Virus record (IMG/VR): IMGVR_UViG_3300046501_000385
DNA length: 59,632 nucleotides
DNA from: a virus
Strand: one strand, 5' to 3'
Part shown: positions 30,101 through 34,186 of the stretch, one piece after another
Position numbering within the stretch: position 1 is the first letter of the stretch
How the letters are laid out: every line of letters begins with the position of its first letter
Made by a program: the position numbers and the translations under genes
The notes under the pieces: model-generated
Databases searched by the model: none
The model's input: the letters and a program-made list of their open reading frames with translations, nothing else
Told to the model about the DNA's origin: nothing

Positions 30101-30565
30101 TGTCGTCTCCTGCATCGAGCTCGCCCAATCTGGCATGACAGAATCGGCGTGATAGTGATCGGCACCTCCAGTCTCATCAGGGAGTGCGCCGGAGAAGACA
30201 CCATCGATGATGGCCTCGGCGCGCTGGCGCAGGACTGGATCCTGCTGGGCGCGCTTGGCAGCCTCGCCCGGGGCCTCATAACCGGTGAACTGTCTTTTCT
30301 GGCGCACAACGTCGCCGGGGCTGATGCCTCTCTCAGAAGAGCGGTTGCGAATAACGGACGCAACGTCGGCCATGCCGGCGTCACCCTCGCCCGCAGCTTC
30401 AGCAATCACCGTGTTGACGAGATCGCTTCTGTCCGCATCGCTGAACGACGGGCGCGTGGATGCGCTCGCCTCACTGGTCTTTGGAGCTTCGGGGGCTTTG
30501 CCGCCGTAGAGATTGAGGGGGTCTTTCCAGCTATCATCTCGGCCGAGGCCAATCACCAGAGGCAT
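15407..30565 (-). CDS. Giant polyvalent virion/ejection-type protein (about 5,050 aa)
   Basis: Uninterrupted 15.2-kb ORF. ATG 30565 has GGAG 7 nt upstream (the track start 30592 is GTG). Multiple catalytic motifs are listed as separate domain features. Confidence 0.85.
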   Translation of the reverse strand: MPLVIGLGRDDSWKDPLNLYGGKAPEAPKTSEASASTRPSFSDADRSDLVNTVIAEAAGEGDAGMADVASVIRNRSSERGISPGDVVRQKRQFTGYEAPGEAAKRAQQDPVLRQRAEAIIDGVFSGALPDETGGADHYHADSVMPDWASSMQETTKRGRHVFYKSGQPGQSKPSAKTAFAPGLDGSVVDPFEAILNPKKAEQPKDGSADSSMLLSKLQPGKPAEYVSNMKPGLQSGLTAMFNDAPDFVKSGLDILSGARSPERQAQIIAENAGKYGIDRKAWLADVDAMGPVEAGQKWKPIFKQTGMSANIGAPGGSRHQHGDAADLGWNGGEFSSAPKEVVDWVHANAGKYGMRFPLKNENWHIETADARDGHDAEAPSSPKSEAPTIVANAHFAVKDPMGLYPEGNPIQQTVDTQVAAADQRQADASAQAEQNRMGAFTEQHNVGVTDRQQQLEAENPGRYVAIDESELPNWQKQWEADNRSGGIGGDTARILKSGTIGVGQSLSSLADTLFRKLPGGDDFLKASDDIDRWVMGKTIDQKMADSQQRANASVTERQQDADAKNWWDDKKHTFGPAWRDPRSYLRTVGESAPGTVVTMLPGGVLARGAYLRALAAGATERAAAATAARTATLAGAITEGTMGGADSARNVRDKIGKLPREQLAKTEAVRAMVQGGMSEDEAIKALSEDAASQAFLTAGVATGMFGGMGDRALAKIIAEGVGGGIVKRIVAGATRGFVGEGLLEEAPQGAAQTIAENAAVQKADPNQSLTEGVGEAVASGVAAGGAMGAGMGGAGGAFRPASPEHSAAAPAVAAPAPEAAPQPKGPIGRSVQHAEEQIAGRQQQRLADDTMPDWLLDLGRSGKTANDHIDGLLKTASADIEREQANRPSVGATVRVDHEGIDPFMARVDSYEGDEAVVIDGGSGEVYQVPIASISQIAKSPEQLNRENPIEKGPVPINDSIPEFSKDPALEPQAPVASEIKSEPLPAQKDMQAATERLRGRPSPGQRVIVDDARVGRFAAKVESYEEGDTETVVTTDDGEVLQVPVDRLYVDKLTPKQIEKQDLERNPPIEREIGDAGPNSRKVIGKTVVLPDENHAALFDLAKSRFIAKKLGREAHTDLERVSAAEVKRLADAFNVSPTAITSMADDYRYRVDRAAKEARSTLPVHMHPVNDTRLRQWQRDRKNEESAASAAPETTEQGDSFADWWDLTLDDLGRKRVLAETGIKRSEKSKWAGFTPAIRKKLEAVRTPETPKTTPADVTAVPDMPAGVVSRFTTAKGSVYEVHQDGTTVRTKAARNDPGHEGDSGLKPRTAKTVYVDANASVLSTAGMSGIGSKGSRVIIKDGKASLLTWNEAQNRWGVMPDGRDVPVHDQPAVGRFPLELWQPASDVNGYEAYSRMHAGNAITEMSASAVQGQRTDGADDSSAHEAATSPKNDLPEPTQAQKEAGNYKVGRLKLGGLDISVENPEGSERKGTDASGKPWSVKMKSHYGYIRGTIGRDKDHIDTFVRPGVSELDDSAPVFVVDQKSENGRFDEHKVMLGFDTEEAARKAYLENYTAGWKGLGDISATTMDDFKQWLKSGKTDQPFAPKWFGSREKADAYIAKQSLGSSHEVVENGKRFEVREKPAAPTREEQAPQQERAQSGPPQIVSADAPEIDLWRGASKAEIAAIKAGEYEFRPTHKGIMFTTDRRTAESYGGTTGNETLAIKIPTSAKILDRKSLSDRPPAFDEVLNASGKRPGFDMDQRQAFFREEARERGYDVLTYASGTGTYQVYEILNPDIIQIVDQATPAAQPKSKPAVSVNKIFTLDAAEKARALLRKKLNQINSGIDPELMQAGITLAGYHIERGARTFAAYANAMLVDLGEAARPYLKSWYMGVKYDPRASAFADMSSATEVDGIDVATITGDESEPAELDRAGSPALEGTPADEVPGAESSRETRPGADGRGRADVSRDKPARGERVQSGRGVADEQGELSLAAGRDRDTRSEKRTDASDGESRSKRPAVDENLEQGPFGPILRGYEGKWREAALELERRQTGDAIGALSHPDVGPIDLVWGNAGTNASNGAGLAKLIAWHPEVLGNLQGFIDRLHVDKDRSTTRRIQLSDESGNAGVRLDYDGTAKTWLLTAFENGSRRSEKSSRRLSALWGDRPASAPPRTDENISDQLRDVQSAAVPAQQRAVDYTLSADDNLGEGGQKAKFAGNVAAIRLLRTLDEEKRPATRDEQAVLAKWVGWGGLRQAFAREDGSVAKGWEKQAAELKGLLSPEEYSAAESSTRNAHYTAAEVVSAIWDIARKLGFKGGQVLEPSVGAGNFLGLMPGDVRNAAKVTGVELDRVTGGIAKNLYPSANIQTPMGFEKLSVPDSYFDLAIGNPPFGSEKVYDKDRRHLNKLSIHNFFFAKSVDALRPGGVLAMVVTNRFLDGQSAAARNLIAKQADLVAAIRLPNNAFLKNAGTEVTTDIVILRKRLAGEAPSSSQWLGVSDYRGRDGNVVPLNDYFVAHPEMMLGEFGAFGSMYGPDEPALIARGGQDTPAELAKAIRSLPENIMVEPGHVATETVSVPETVNDVQVGSMFAAPDGTIHQRLSDSIGQAQSAAVAFPNETAKERVSGMVRVRDAFARLRRAQIDEKATDQQIENLRNRLNTLYDGFVKKHGPINADANKRLFRDDPTWPQISALEQGFDKGISATVAKATGEKATPASAQKAAIFSKRTQQPYRRPTSASSAKDALATILNDLGRVDLDAMSRLYGKPSDAIVSELGPLLYKTPSGAYETADAYLSGNVKQKLAEAERAAEQDSDFRRNINALRDVQPADIEAIDIDVKPGSPWVPAKHIEDFIKHVAQSSVKPKAYYSAANAKWVLDVPSPASAAQTQWGTDRASVDTVLSAVMNGQSITISDRMNDGTTVLNQPATEAANEKAERVKAEWRRWLWDNDARRDELARLYNDTFNTDVMRSFDGGHLTLPGKVGDDIISFRPHQKNFVWRSLQSGTALADHTVGAGKTFAAIASAMEKRRIGQARKPMFVVPNHLVGQWAADFVRLYPGAKVLAATKKDFEKDNRKRLFARVATGDWDAVIVAHSSFGKIGIDPNYESRFIQQQMDDLEQSIGELRRNTGEKSRNVAQLTKWRDNLKAKMERLLDAGKKDDGLTFDELGVDALYVDEAHEFKNLAFATSMNRVAGLGNQAGSQKASDLYMKSRFILEKTGGNNVAFLTGTPLSNTMAEMFTVQRYLDEKALRNLGVAHFDAWARVFGEVVSDWELSPSGQYKLNSRFAKFVNMPELMQRYLSFADVITNDDIKAQLAAIGKKLPLPKVKGGKPTNITVERSPDQAAFIGEGKADENGNLEFPKGSLVHRAENLPKKAEKGADNMLKVMSDARKAALDMRLIDPAYSDHPGSKVHVSADNIKRIYDRWSGDRGTQLVFIDLSTPKKARAREEAELRALIQKADEGDEAAQEKLDNMSPDDFLALQSTFSVYDDLREKLISRGIPADEIAFIHDANTEAQKEELFGKVRSGRVRVLLGSTPKMGAGTNVQNRLVALHHLDAPWRPSDLEQRDGRGIRQGNELYGQDPDNFEIEILRYATKNTLDARQWQGIEAKARFIQQVRKGNLKTREIEDIAGEAANAAEMKAAASGNPLILEEMETRRKLRQLEGQSVEHDREQHRIKGKIRSLKQEADEIEARSISVQKDAERAEAIADKPFEATIGGQSFDKPKEFGAAIAAAMRKELIDHAGDTELGKYGDFTLSIEHQYDRAFEVTVSGDRDYQVHVQDAADVDATGLGMRVINTVKKLSTVPQLDRDRATEARGQIPALEKQLGPWKHAEELTDTSARHRRILDALKPKQKGAANAAVAKRPDPVVRGDGRFKEAQAPERGEGESYADWARRIVMENGRSSGHEYLVAIDDDGSTIEFGTAGDPRYTGMSNKLASAMANPDRSLVLYHNHPADTPLSAQDIAATVYPGVHQIYALGHNGYDTVGGMTSAARDYLSASPNITRDSLTFSNNLATISYEVEPYLANLVKERRITEAQAKEAFHHFAAIVANRAGIIDFSTSRPYNPSIVPGLDRKIDEAALKLARAFFKNGKPDPSSPGTNRSSNAVRHVAGMEGLGSVDQQVAGPRSAATGLSEASTPDDSGKVEGRKRVTETRVVKELNGKLIDIQPTLLKTVPLNYFTELARPNMTAVGDYLRVKRLMDAYRGTKHAAADEIAGEWLKYARLGFLGKDKSRAQELANLMHNSTLAGVDPSKTDEETTKKPGYELLRKQYMAMPEKGRQLYRSVRDAYKKQALELDDILLDNVRKAQQIAHDRAEARYRKTMEKIRDSGLTGIDRRNAEEDAASAHKAETTKATWAAKARLTKMRIAFEASRVEEPYFPLGRFGRYFVTQRDIDGRVLSFSKFETAAARDRFAAELSRGAGGAKVEVGVMEAGSDLRKAMDPRIVAEIEEILGGAGVGNDIMDQIWQRYLESMPDLSARKRFIHRQGTAGFTGDALRVFSSHMFHSAHQIARLKYGLELQELTGQAMDQAKESDDQTRGVTLANELSKRHEWVMNPTGSKVAQTMTSTAFVWFLAASPAAAAVNMTQTVMLGLPILSAKFGSFAKAGAALAQASMDTVRGRGSIVNGNLSKDEKAAIKAFYESGLIDRTQSHDLAGVGETGVEYTPLRARVMGVISWAFHRAEVWNREVTALAAYRMARDAGETMSAAIDTAHDLTWKTHFDYANSSRPAVLQNDLAKVALVFRQHNINMLYRLFRDVQQSMKGETAQARKEARYQLAGVVGMMSLMAGVSGTVGFHLLMGLAGMVFGDDDDPMDFETQFKANVIDILGPELGGVVLNGVPGHYLGIDLSSRIGMPDLWFRSPSRDLQGKDEYQYWLTQTLGATAGLGETLYTGGSLIYDGDVARGIEMMAPKAIRDLMKSYRYASEGLATIGGDQVLPADEMGYHDIVAQALGFNPARVAETWDRNTALKNAERRVLDERQRLVNKFAMAAMSQDDGAIDDAVKAIEKFNAAPVHGGVAITKDTLQRSLKTRASNSAKREDGVLIRNKILSLRLRESLADPVYR
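18650..18901 (-). other. Domain: JAB/MPN (RadC-like) metallopeptidase motif
   Basis: GHEYLV ... LYHNHPADTPLSAQD approximates E...HxHx(6-7)Sx2D (aa 3898-3981). Confidence 0.5.
19880..21660 (-). other. Domain: SNF2/DEAD-like superfamily-2 helicase (N and C lobes)
   Basis: FRPHQ, VGAGKTF (Walker A, aa 3002), YVDEAHEFKN (DEAH, aa 3165), LTGTPLSN, GAGTNVQ...HHLDAPWRPSDLEQRDGRGIRQGN. Confidence 0.8.
23185..23745 (-). other. Domain: N6-adenine DNA methyltransferase
   Basis: Motif I VLEPSVGAGNF and motif IV DLAIGNPPFG (NPPF at aa 2380-2383), preceded by a WVGWGG helical region. Confidence 0.8.
25190..25620 (-). other. Domain: candidate ADP-ribosyltransferase-like R-(S/T)-E module (tentative)
   Basis: LWRGAS (R1669), IMFTTD (T1696/T1697) and QVYEIL (E1784) are spaced like the R-STS-E triad. 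Confidence 0.3.
25823..26224 (-). other. Domain: inorganic-pyrophosphatase-like module (tentative)
   Basis: GNYKVGRLKLGGLDISVENPEGSERKG...WSVKMKSHYGYIRGTIGRDKDHIDTFV resembles the InPase module I recall from polyvalent phage proteins. Confidence 0.4.
27404..27898 (-). repeat. Two tandem copies of a roughly 50-aa beta-rich (SH3/Tudor-like) module within the giant protein
   Basis: VGATVRVDHEGIDPFMARVDSYEGDEAVVIDGGSGEVYQVPIASI (aa 899-947) aligns with PGQRVIVDDARVGRFAAKVESYEEGDTETVVTTDDGEVLQVPVDRL (aa 1013-1063). Confidence 0.6.
29465..29875 (-). other. Domain: peptidase M15 (VanY / D-Ala-D-Ala carboxypeptidase-like)
   Basis: SGARSPERQ ... GGSRHQHGDAADL ... NENWHIE: the three zinc-ligand and catalytic motifs in canonical order (aa 240-376). 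Confidence 0.7.
30077..30430 (-). other. Domain: SleB-type cell-wall hydrolase (Hydrolase_2-like)
   Basis: LVNTVIAEAAGEGDAGMADVASVIRNRSSERG...VVRQKRQFTGYE...HYHAD (aa 55-172 of the 5061-codon ORF). Confidence 0.7.
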
Positions 30566-30615
30566 GCGCGGGCTCCATCGTAGAAGCCGCACTCATGCGC
30601 GGTAAATGACACCTG

Positions 30616-30644
30616 TTTATATGCGGTAGGAAGACTTTTTGGAA
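30616..30644 (-). promoter_or_regulatory. Candidate sigma70-type promoter of the giant gene
   Basis: On the minus strand, TTCCAA-N17-TATAAA about 50 nt upstream of ATG 30565. Confidence 0.35.
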
Positions 30645-30731
30645 GCGGCGATTGGCACGTGTCAGGACTGGAAAACGCCCTATGGGAAACATAAATCTCG
30701 CATACCTGAATTACGGTTTCGAAGGTTCCGG

Positions 30732-31022
30732 ATGGACTACCACCCGAAATACAAATGGAAGCCTACGTGGCCGGGTGAAACCGGCCTCGATGGGAAACTA
30801 CTACAGGATTTCCTCGGTCTCGACGGTACCGTGCCAGTTGGTCGAATTCGCCTGGAAGAAGCGGGGCCGATGAAAGGCAAGTGGCAGTGGAACGGCCATG
30901 GCCCGATGAAGGTCAAGCGGCACCTACCTCATCAGGGCTATGTCGCCACAGCCAGAGAAGCCTCTCGCATGGCCGAGGACTATTATGATCGGCTGCTCGA
31001 GCACAACGGGATTAAGCGCTGA
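30732..31022 (+). CDS. Hypothetical protein
   Basis: ATG 30732 (MDYHPKYKWKPTWPGE...) with gaagg SD. The track start 30639 is TTG and would overlap the divergent promoter. Confidence 0.45.
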   Translation: MDYHPKYKWKPTWPGETGLDGKLLQDFLGLDGTVPVGRIRLEEAGPMKGKWQWNGHGPMKVKRHLPHQGYVATAREASRMAEDYYDRLLEHNGIKR

Positions 31023-31351
31023 TGCCAGACCCCTCGCCCCTGCCACTTCAGCGGTTCGGGATCGCCGTTCACGGTCCCGGCAAATACCGAGCTGTGACGT
31101 CAGTCGCGAAGATGGCGGAGATATTGCTGGAATTCTGGCCACTGTCGAAGCGAGGAGATGCATGGCATGGCGCTATGGAAGCATGCCTGCGGGCGCTCGA
31201 AGCGCAGAGTAACCCTGAAGCGGCGAAGGCTGCGTTCGTGATGGCGGCGCGGGATGCCGAGATGCACATCGACAATAACGCCGAGAACTATGCGCCGCCG
31301 CCCCAGCGCCTTCCTAGAGAGAAACGACCGGGGCGGCGGCGCCAAAGATAG
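31022..31351 (+). CDS. DUF982-family protein
   Basis: AEILLEFWPLSKRGDAWHGAMEACLRALEAQSNPEAAKAAFVMAARDAEM fits the DUF982 pattern common in rhizobia. Confidence 0.6.
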   Translation: MPDPSPLPLQRFGIAVHGPGKYRAVTSVAKMAEILLEFWPLSKRGDAWHGAMEACLRALEAQSNPEAAKAAFVMAARDAEMHIDNNAENYAPPPQRLPREKRPGRRRQR

Positions 31352-31353
31352 CC

Positions 31354-31665
31354 TTACGCTGCGGAAGCTTCCGCAACGTCACCCTCCGGCGGATTGGACG
31401 ACACAAAATCCCGCTCGAAAGTCGCCTCATCGTACACAGCAACCACGCCCAGGCTGTCGCGAGCGATGTAGTCCTCTGGCCGCGCCTTCGAATCCTCCGG
31501 CACATTGAGGATCGTCACGCCATCCGCGGCAATGATCATCTGGCCGTTCTCGTAGATCTCGCGCACCCAGTCCGGCAGCATGCTCCAATCGTTCTCCGGA
31601 GAAGCGATGATTTCACGTGCCTGCACCGCTTCGACCCGAACGGGTATCTTCAGAAATTCGCGCAT
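31354..31665 (-). CDS. Hypothetical protein
   Basis: ATG 31665 preceded by gaaggagg (the track start 31686 is TTG). Last gene of the long minus-strand operon. Confidence 0.5.
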   Translation of the reverse strand: MREFLKIPVRVEAVQAREIIASPENDWSMLPDWVREIYENGQMIIAADGVTILNVPEDSKARPEDYIARDSLGVVAVYDEATFERDFVSSNPPEGDVAEASAA

Positions 31666-31695
31666 TGCTTTAATGTCCTCCTTCAACAGGCTGAT

Positions 31696-32094
31696 TCAAT
31701 TAGCAGCATCAGTCAGAGACGCCTTGATCTTCGCGTCGGTGACAGCGTGGAAAACGTAGCCCGTGAGGCCGAATTGGTTACGGTACTCGATAGCGAGGAG
31801 TGCCGGATCCCGGCGCATTATCTCATCGCTGAGCGAAGCGCCAAACGGCGTTGGCGAGAGCCGTGCCGTGGCGACAACGCGGTATGGATACTTCATCAGC
31901 GTGCCATCGCGCGAAGTCCGAAAGTCGAACAAACTTCCGTAGCGGTCGAACTTCCGCAGGAAATTGAAGATGTCGTGGTTGAGCACCCAGCAAACCGGCT
32001 GGCACTCCTTCACGTCCACCTGCCTGAGCATGTCTGCCAGCAGCCTGCCGGCTTGGTGCTCGCCTGCTTTGAGGGTATTCAAGAATTCATCCAT
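31696..32094 (-). CDS. Hypothetical protein
   Basis: 132-aa ORF with a start/stop overlap with the upstream gene. Confidence 0.5.
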   Translation of the reverse strand: MDEFLNTLKAGEHQAGRLLADMLRQVDVKECQPVCWVLNHDIFNFLRKFDRYGSLFDFRTSRDGTLMKYPYRVVATARLSPTPFGASLSDEIMRRDPALLAIEYRNQFGLTGYVFHAVTDAKIKASLTDAAN

Positions 32095-32324
32095 CAGAAC
32101 GGAATCCCATCGTCTTTTTCCGGCTTCCTGATCTTCACAGTCTCGACGACTGGCCGGGCAGCAGAGAATGCACCTACGGCAGCGAGAACAACGAACGTCG
32201 AGCCGGGGTTCAAGCTTGCAAGCCGCTCCGCCTCTGCCGTTGCCTGCGCCTTGGAACGATGCTGGTATGTTGATCCGCGCTGGCCGACGCCGTACACCAT
32301 CCAGAATTTCGTAATCTCAGTCAT
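32094..32324 (-). CDS. Hypothetical protein
   Basis: ATG 32324 forms an ATGA overlap with the upstream stop. 76 aa. Confidence 0.5.
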   Translation of the reverse strand: MTEITKFWMVYGVGQRGSTYQHRSKAQATAEAERLASLNPGSTFVVLAAVGAFSAARPVVETVKIRKPEKDDGIPF

Positions 32325-32527
32325 CTTGGCATGTCGCTCCAAATACTCTTGTGCTCTCTCAAGCAGTTGAACACCGTGACCAACGCGTCGTGTTCGGCGC
32401 AGAGGCGAGCGATGTGTATTGCCTCGTCGGTGTCGCGGGTTCGCGTGCGGCCACGGGCAGCAGCGTCGATCGCGGCAGCCTTCTTGTCGATTTCCCGCCC
32501 CAGTGCATCATGGTCGATAGCCCACAT
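32321..32527 (-). CDS. Hypothetical protein
   Basis: ATG 32527 (MWAIDHDALG...) with gaggtg SD. 68 aa. Confidence 0.4.
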   Translation of the reverse strand: MWAIDHDALGREIDKKAAAIDAAARGRTRTRDTDEAIHIARLCAEHDALVTVFNCLREHKSIWSDMPR

Positions 32528-32529
32528 GG

Positions 32530-32751
32530 TCAATCGCACCTCAACACGGTCTGCCGCCCAGCAAGCTTGATGCTGCCATCGGCTGCCTGCACCCACCACT
32601 CGATCACGAATGGCTCACATTTCCGGCGCAGCGCTGGCTCTTCGCGCTGCGCCTCGATCGTCGGGCGCTCTGGCTTCAATTGCTCCTGTTTCGCCAACGC
32701 CGCACCTGTGGCGACGAAGCAGACCAGAGCGCCGACGATCGCCGCCCTCAT
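32530..32751 (-). CDS. Small secreted protein
   Basis: MRAAIVGALVCFVATGAALA signal-like N-terminus. 73 aa. Confidence 0.4.
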   Translation of the reverse strand: MRAAIVGALVCFVATGAALAKQEQLKPERPTIEAQREEPALRRKCEPFVIEWWVQAADGSIKLAGRQTVLRCD

Positions 32752-32753
32752 CT

Positions 32754-32999
32754 TCAAAATCCGCAAGCGAAGATGATGATTGCCCAAAGAGCGGCGGCAA
32801 AGCCGATCCACGAAACCCACAAGTGAAAGGATTTCGCCTGATCGTCCTGCGCTGAAAATTGCGAGATTACAGCGAGGAACGCGGCAAATAGGGCCGCAAC
32901 CTTGGCCCAATGGCCGCCGAACTGGATGACGGTCAGAAGGACCAAGAGCGCGAAAAGGGTGGCGGCCAATGCACAAAATATCTTTCGAGCTTCGCTCAT
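32754..32999 (-). CDS. Small integral membrane protein (three hydrophobic segments)
   Basis: 81 aa from MSEARKIFCALAATLFALLVLL. ATGA overlap with the upstream gene. Confidence 0.5.
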   Translation of the reverse strand: MSEARKIFCALAATLFALLVLLTVIQFGGHWAKVAALFAAFLAVISQFSAQDDQAKSFHLWVSWIGFAAALWAIIIFACGF

Positions 33000-33190
33000 T
33001 CCCTGCTCCCTGCCTTCGTCCCAAGCGTCAGCAGCCGTAGCGCCACCCAAAGGAGCAGCACGAGCAGCAGGCCGATCAGGAGGTCGAAGAACGTTCCCAC
33101 CACGATCTGAAGAAGGATGAGCGCCACGGCGATGACCGTGAAAATCGCAACGAGGCGCTCGCGAAGGAGGGCGACCAACCGCCCGATCAT
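32996..33190 (-). CDS. Small integral membrane protein (two hydrophobic segments)
   Basis: 64 aa, almost entirely hydrophobic. ATGA overlap with the TAXI-like gene. Confidence 0.5.
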   Translation of the reverse strand: MIGRLVALLRERLVAIFTVIAVALILLQIVVGTFFDLLIGLLLVLLLWVALRLLTLGTKAGSRE

Positions 33191-34074
33191 TTGCCGAACT
33201 CGGCCTTGATGCCCGAAGCGGATCGGCTGGCCGCCTGGATGAAGGTGGCGAGCGACTTCTGGTCAACGCGGTCAATGTTGACATAGACCCCGGCAAGCCA
33301 AGAGATCGTCTTCACGTCGCTCCAGTAGTCGAAGGACTTCGGATAGACATCGCCCGGGATCTTCGCATACTCGTAAAGCGGCTGCCCCTTCATGTCCAAG
33401 GCGTCGTCGAAATCCTTGTCATTGGCGCCGACGAGGGCAATCGTGTCGCCGAACGTGCTATCGGCTTCCATCACCGTGCCATTTTTGAGGCCAGCCGGGA
33501 CAAGCATGCAGGTGGTATCGCCGCTGGACACGGACGATAGCGCCATGATGCCGCCTTCGTTCGACACCGGTACCGCCCCATAGTCGCTGTCCTCGGATAC
33601 GAGGTTCTGCCAAACCAGCCAAGCGCCTGAGCCCTGCTCGCCAATCGCAATGCGGTACTTGTCGGGCGCGCTTTCGAGGTCACCGAGATCGTCGACGCCA
33701 CTCTGTTTGTTGCAGAGCACATGCAGGTATTCACGATGCAGGCTCGCGACTTGGCGGAGCTTCTTCACGTTCGCTGGTGAGCTGCGAGAGATGTAGACCG
33801 GACCGTCTGGCTGGCCGATCATTGCATCGCAGGCCTGCGCGTCATCCTTCGCGACCGTCAGCAGACGGTCAAGGTTGTCAATCGTGCCCTCGGTCTCGAC
33901 GACTTCAATATCGAGGCTGGCGCCCGCCATTTTCTTGATCATGTCGCCAGCCGCGAAATAGTTGCCGCTGGCCGCGCCAGTGCAGAGGCGAACGGTTTGA
34001 GCTGCGGCAGGTGAGATGGAGAGGCAGACGAGGCCAATGATGGCGCTCAGCATGCTTAACTTGGCAATCTTCAT
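33187..34074 (-). CDS. TAXI-family (TRAP-associated) periplasmic solute-binding-protein-like protein
   Basis: Start MKIAKLSMLSAIIGLVCLSISPAAA (signal) with aggaag SD. CTGAASGNYFAAGDMI...ETEGTIDNLDRL...LHREYLHVLC...IAIGEQGSGAW resembles TAXI receptors. Confidence 0.55.
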   Translation of the reverse strand: MKIAKLSMLSAIIGLVCLSISPAAAQTVRLCTGAASGNYFAAGDMIKKMAGASLDIEVVETEGTIDNLDRLLTVAKDDAQACDAMIGQPDGPVYISRSSPANVKKLRQVASLHREYLHVLCNKQSGVDDLGDLESAPDKYRIAIGEQGSGAWLVWQNLVSEDSDYGAVPVSNEGGIMALSSVSSGDTTCMLVPAGLKNGTVMEADSTFGDTIALVGANDKDFDDALDMKGQPLYEYAKIPGDVYPKSFDYWSDVKTISWLAGVYVNIDRVDQKSLATFIQAASRSASGIKAEFGK

Positions 34075-34186
34075 CGCAAACTTCCTGTTTGTGAGAGATT
34101 GGGGCGCGGTAACGTCCACGAACACAGACGCGCGTTGCTTCTTTGCATACCGCGCCCCGGTCCGCTCGGGGGTTATGGGAGACGAC

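Noticed and set aside
15407-30565. The giant protein as an N4-like virion RNA polymerase (prompted by the N4 gp56-type capsid)
   Set aside because: I could not find T7-like RNAP motifs. The readable motifs are hydrolase, methylase, SNF2 and JAB. The phage is temperate, with sigma70-like promoters and a CI/Cro switch, so a packaged RNAP is not required. This remains formally untested for the unassigned segments.
30639-30731. TTG-initiated N-terminal extension of the 30732..31022 gene given in the ORF track
   Set aside because: It would overlap the likely divergent promoter of the giant gene, lacks an SD, and its translation is basic low-complexity. ATG 30732 has a gaagg SD.
31361-31374. Perfect 14-bp palindrome GCGGAAGCTTCCGC at the convergent junction of the plus and minus gene sets, considered as a bidirectional terminator
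   Set aside because: It lies inside the 3' coding end of the 31354..31665 gene and has no loop and no flanking T-runs. It may simply be a HindIII-containing palindrome that arose by chance.
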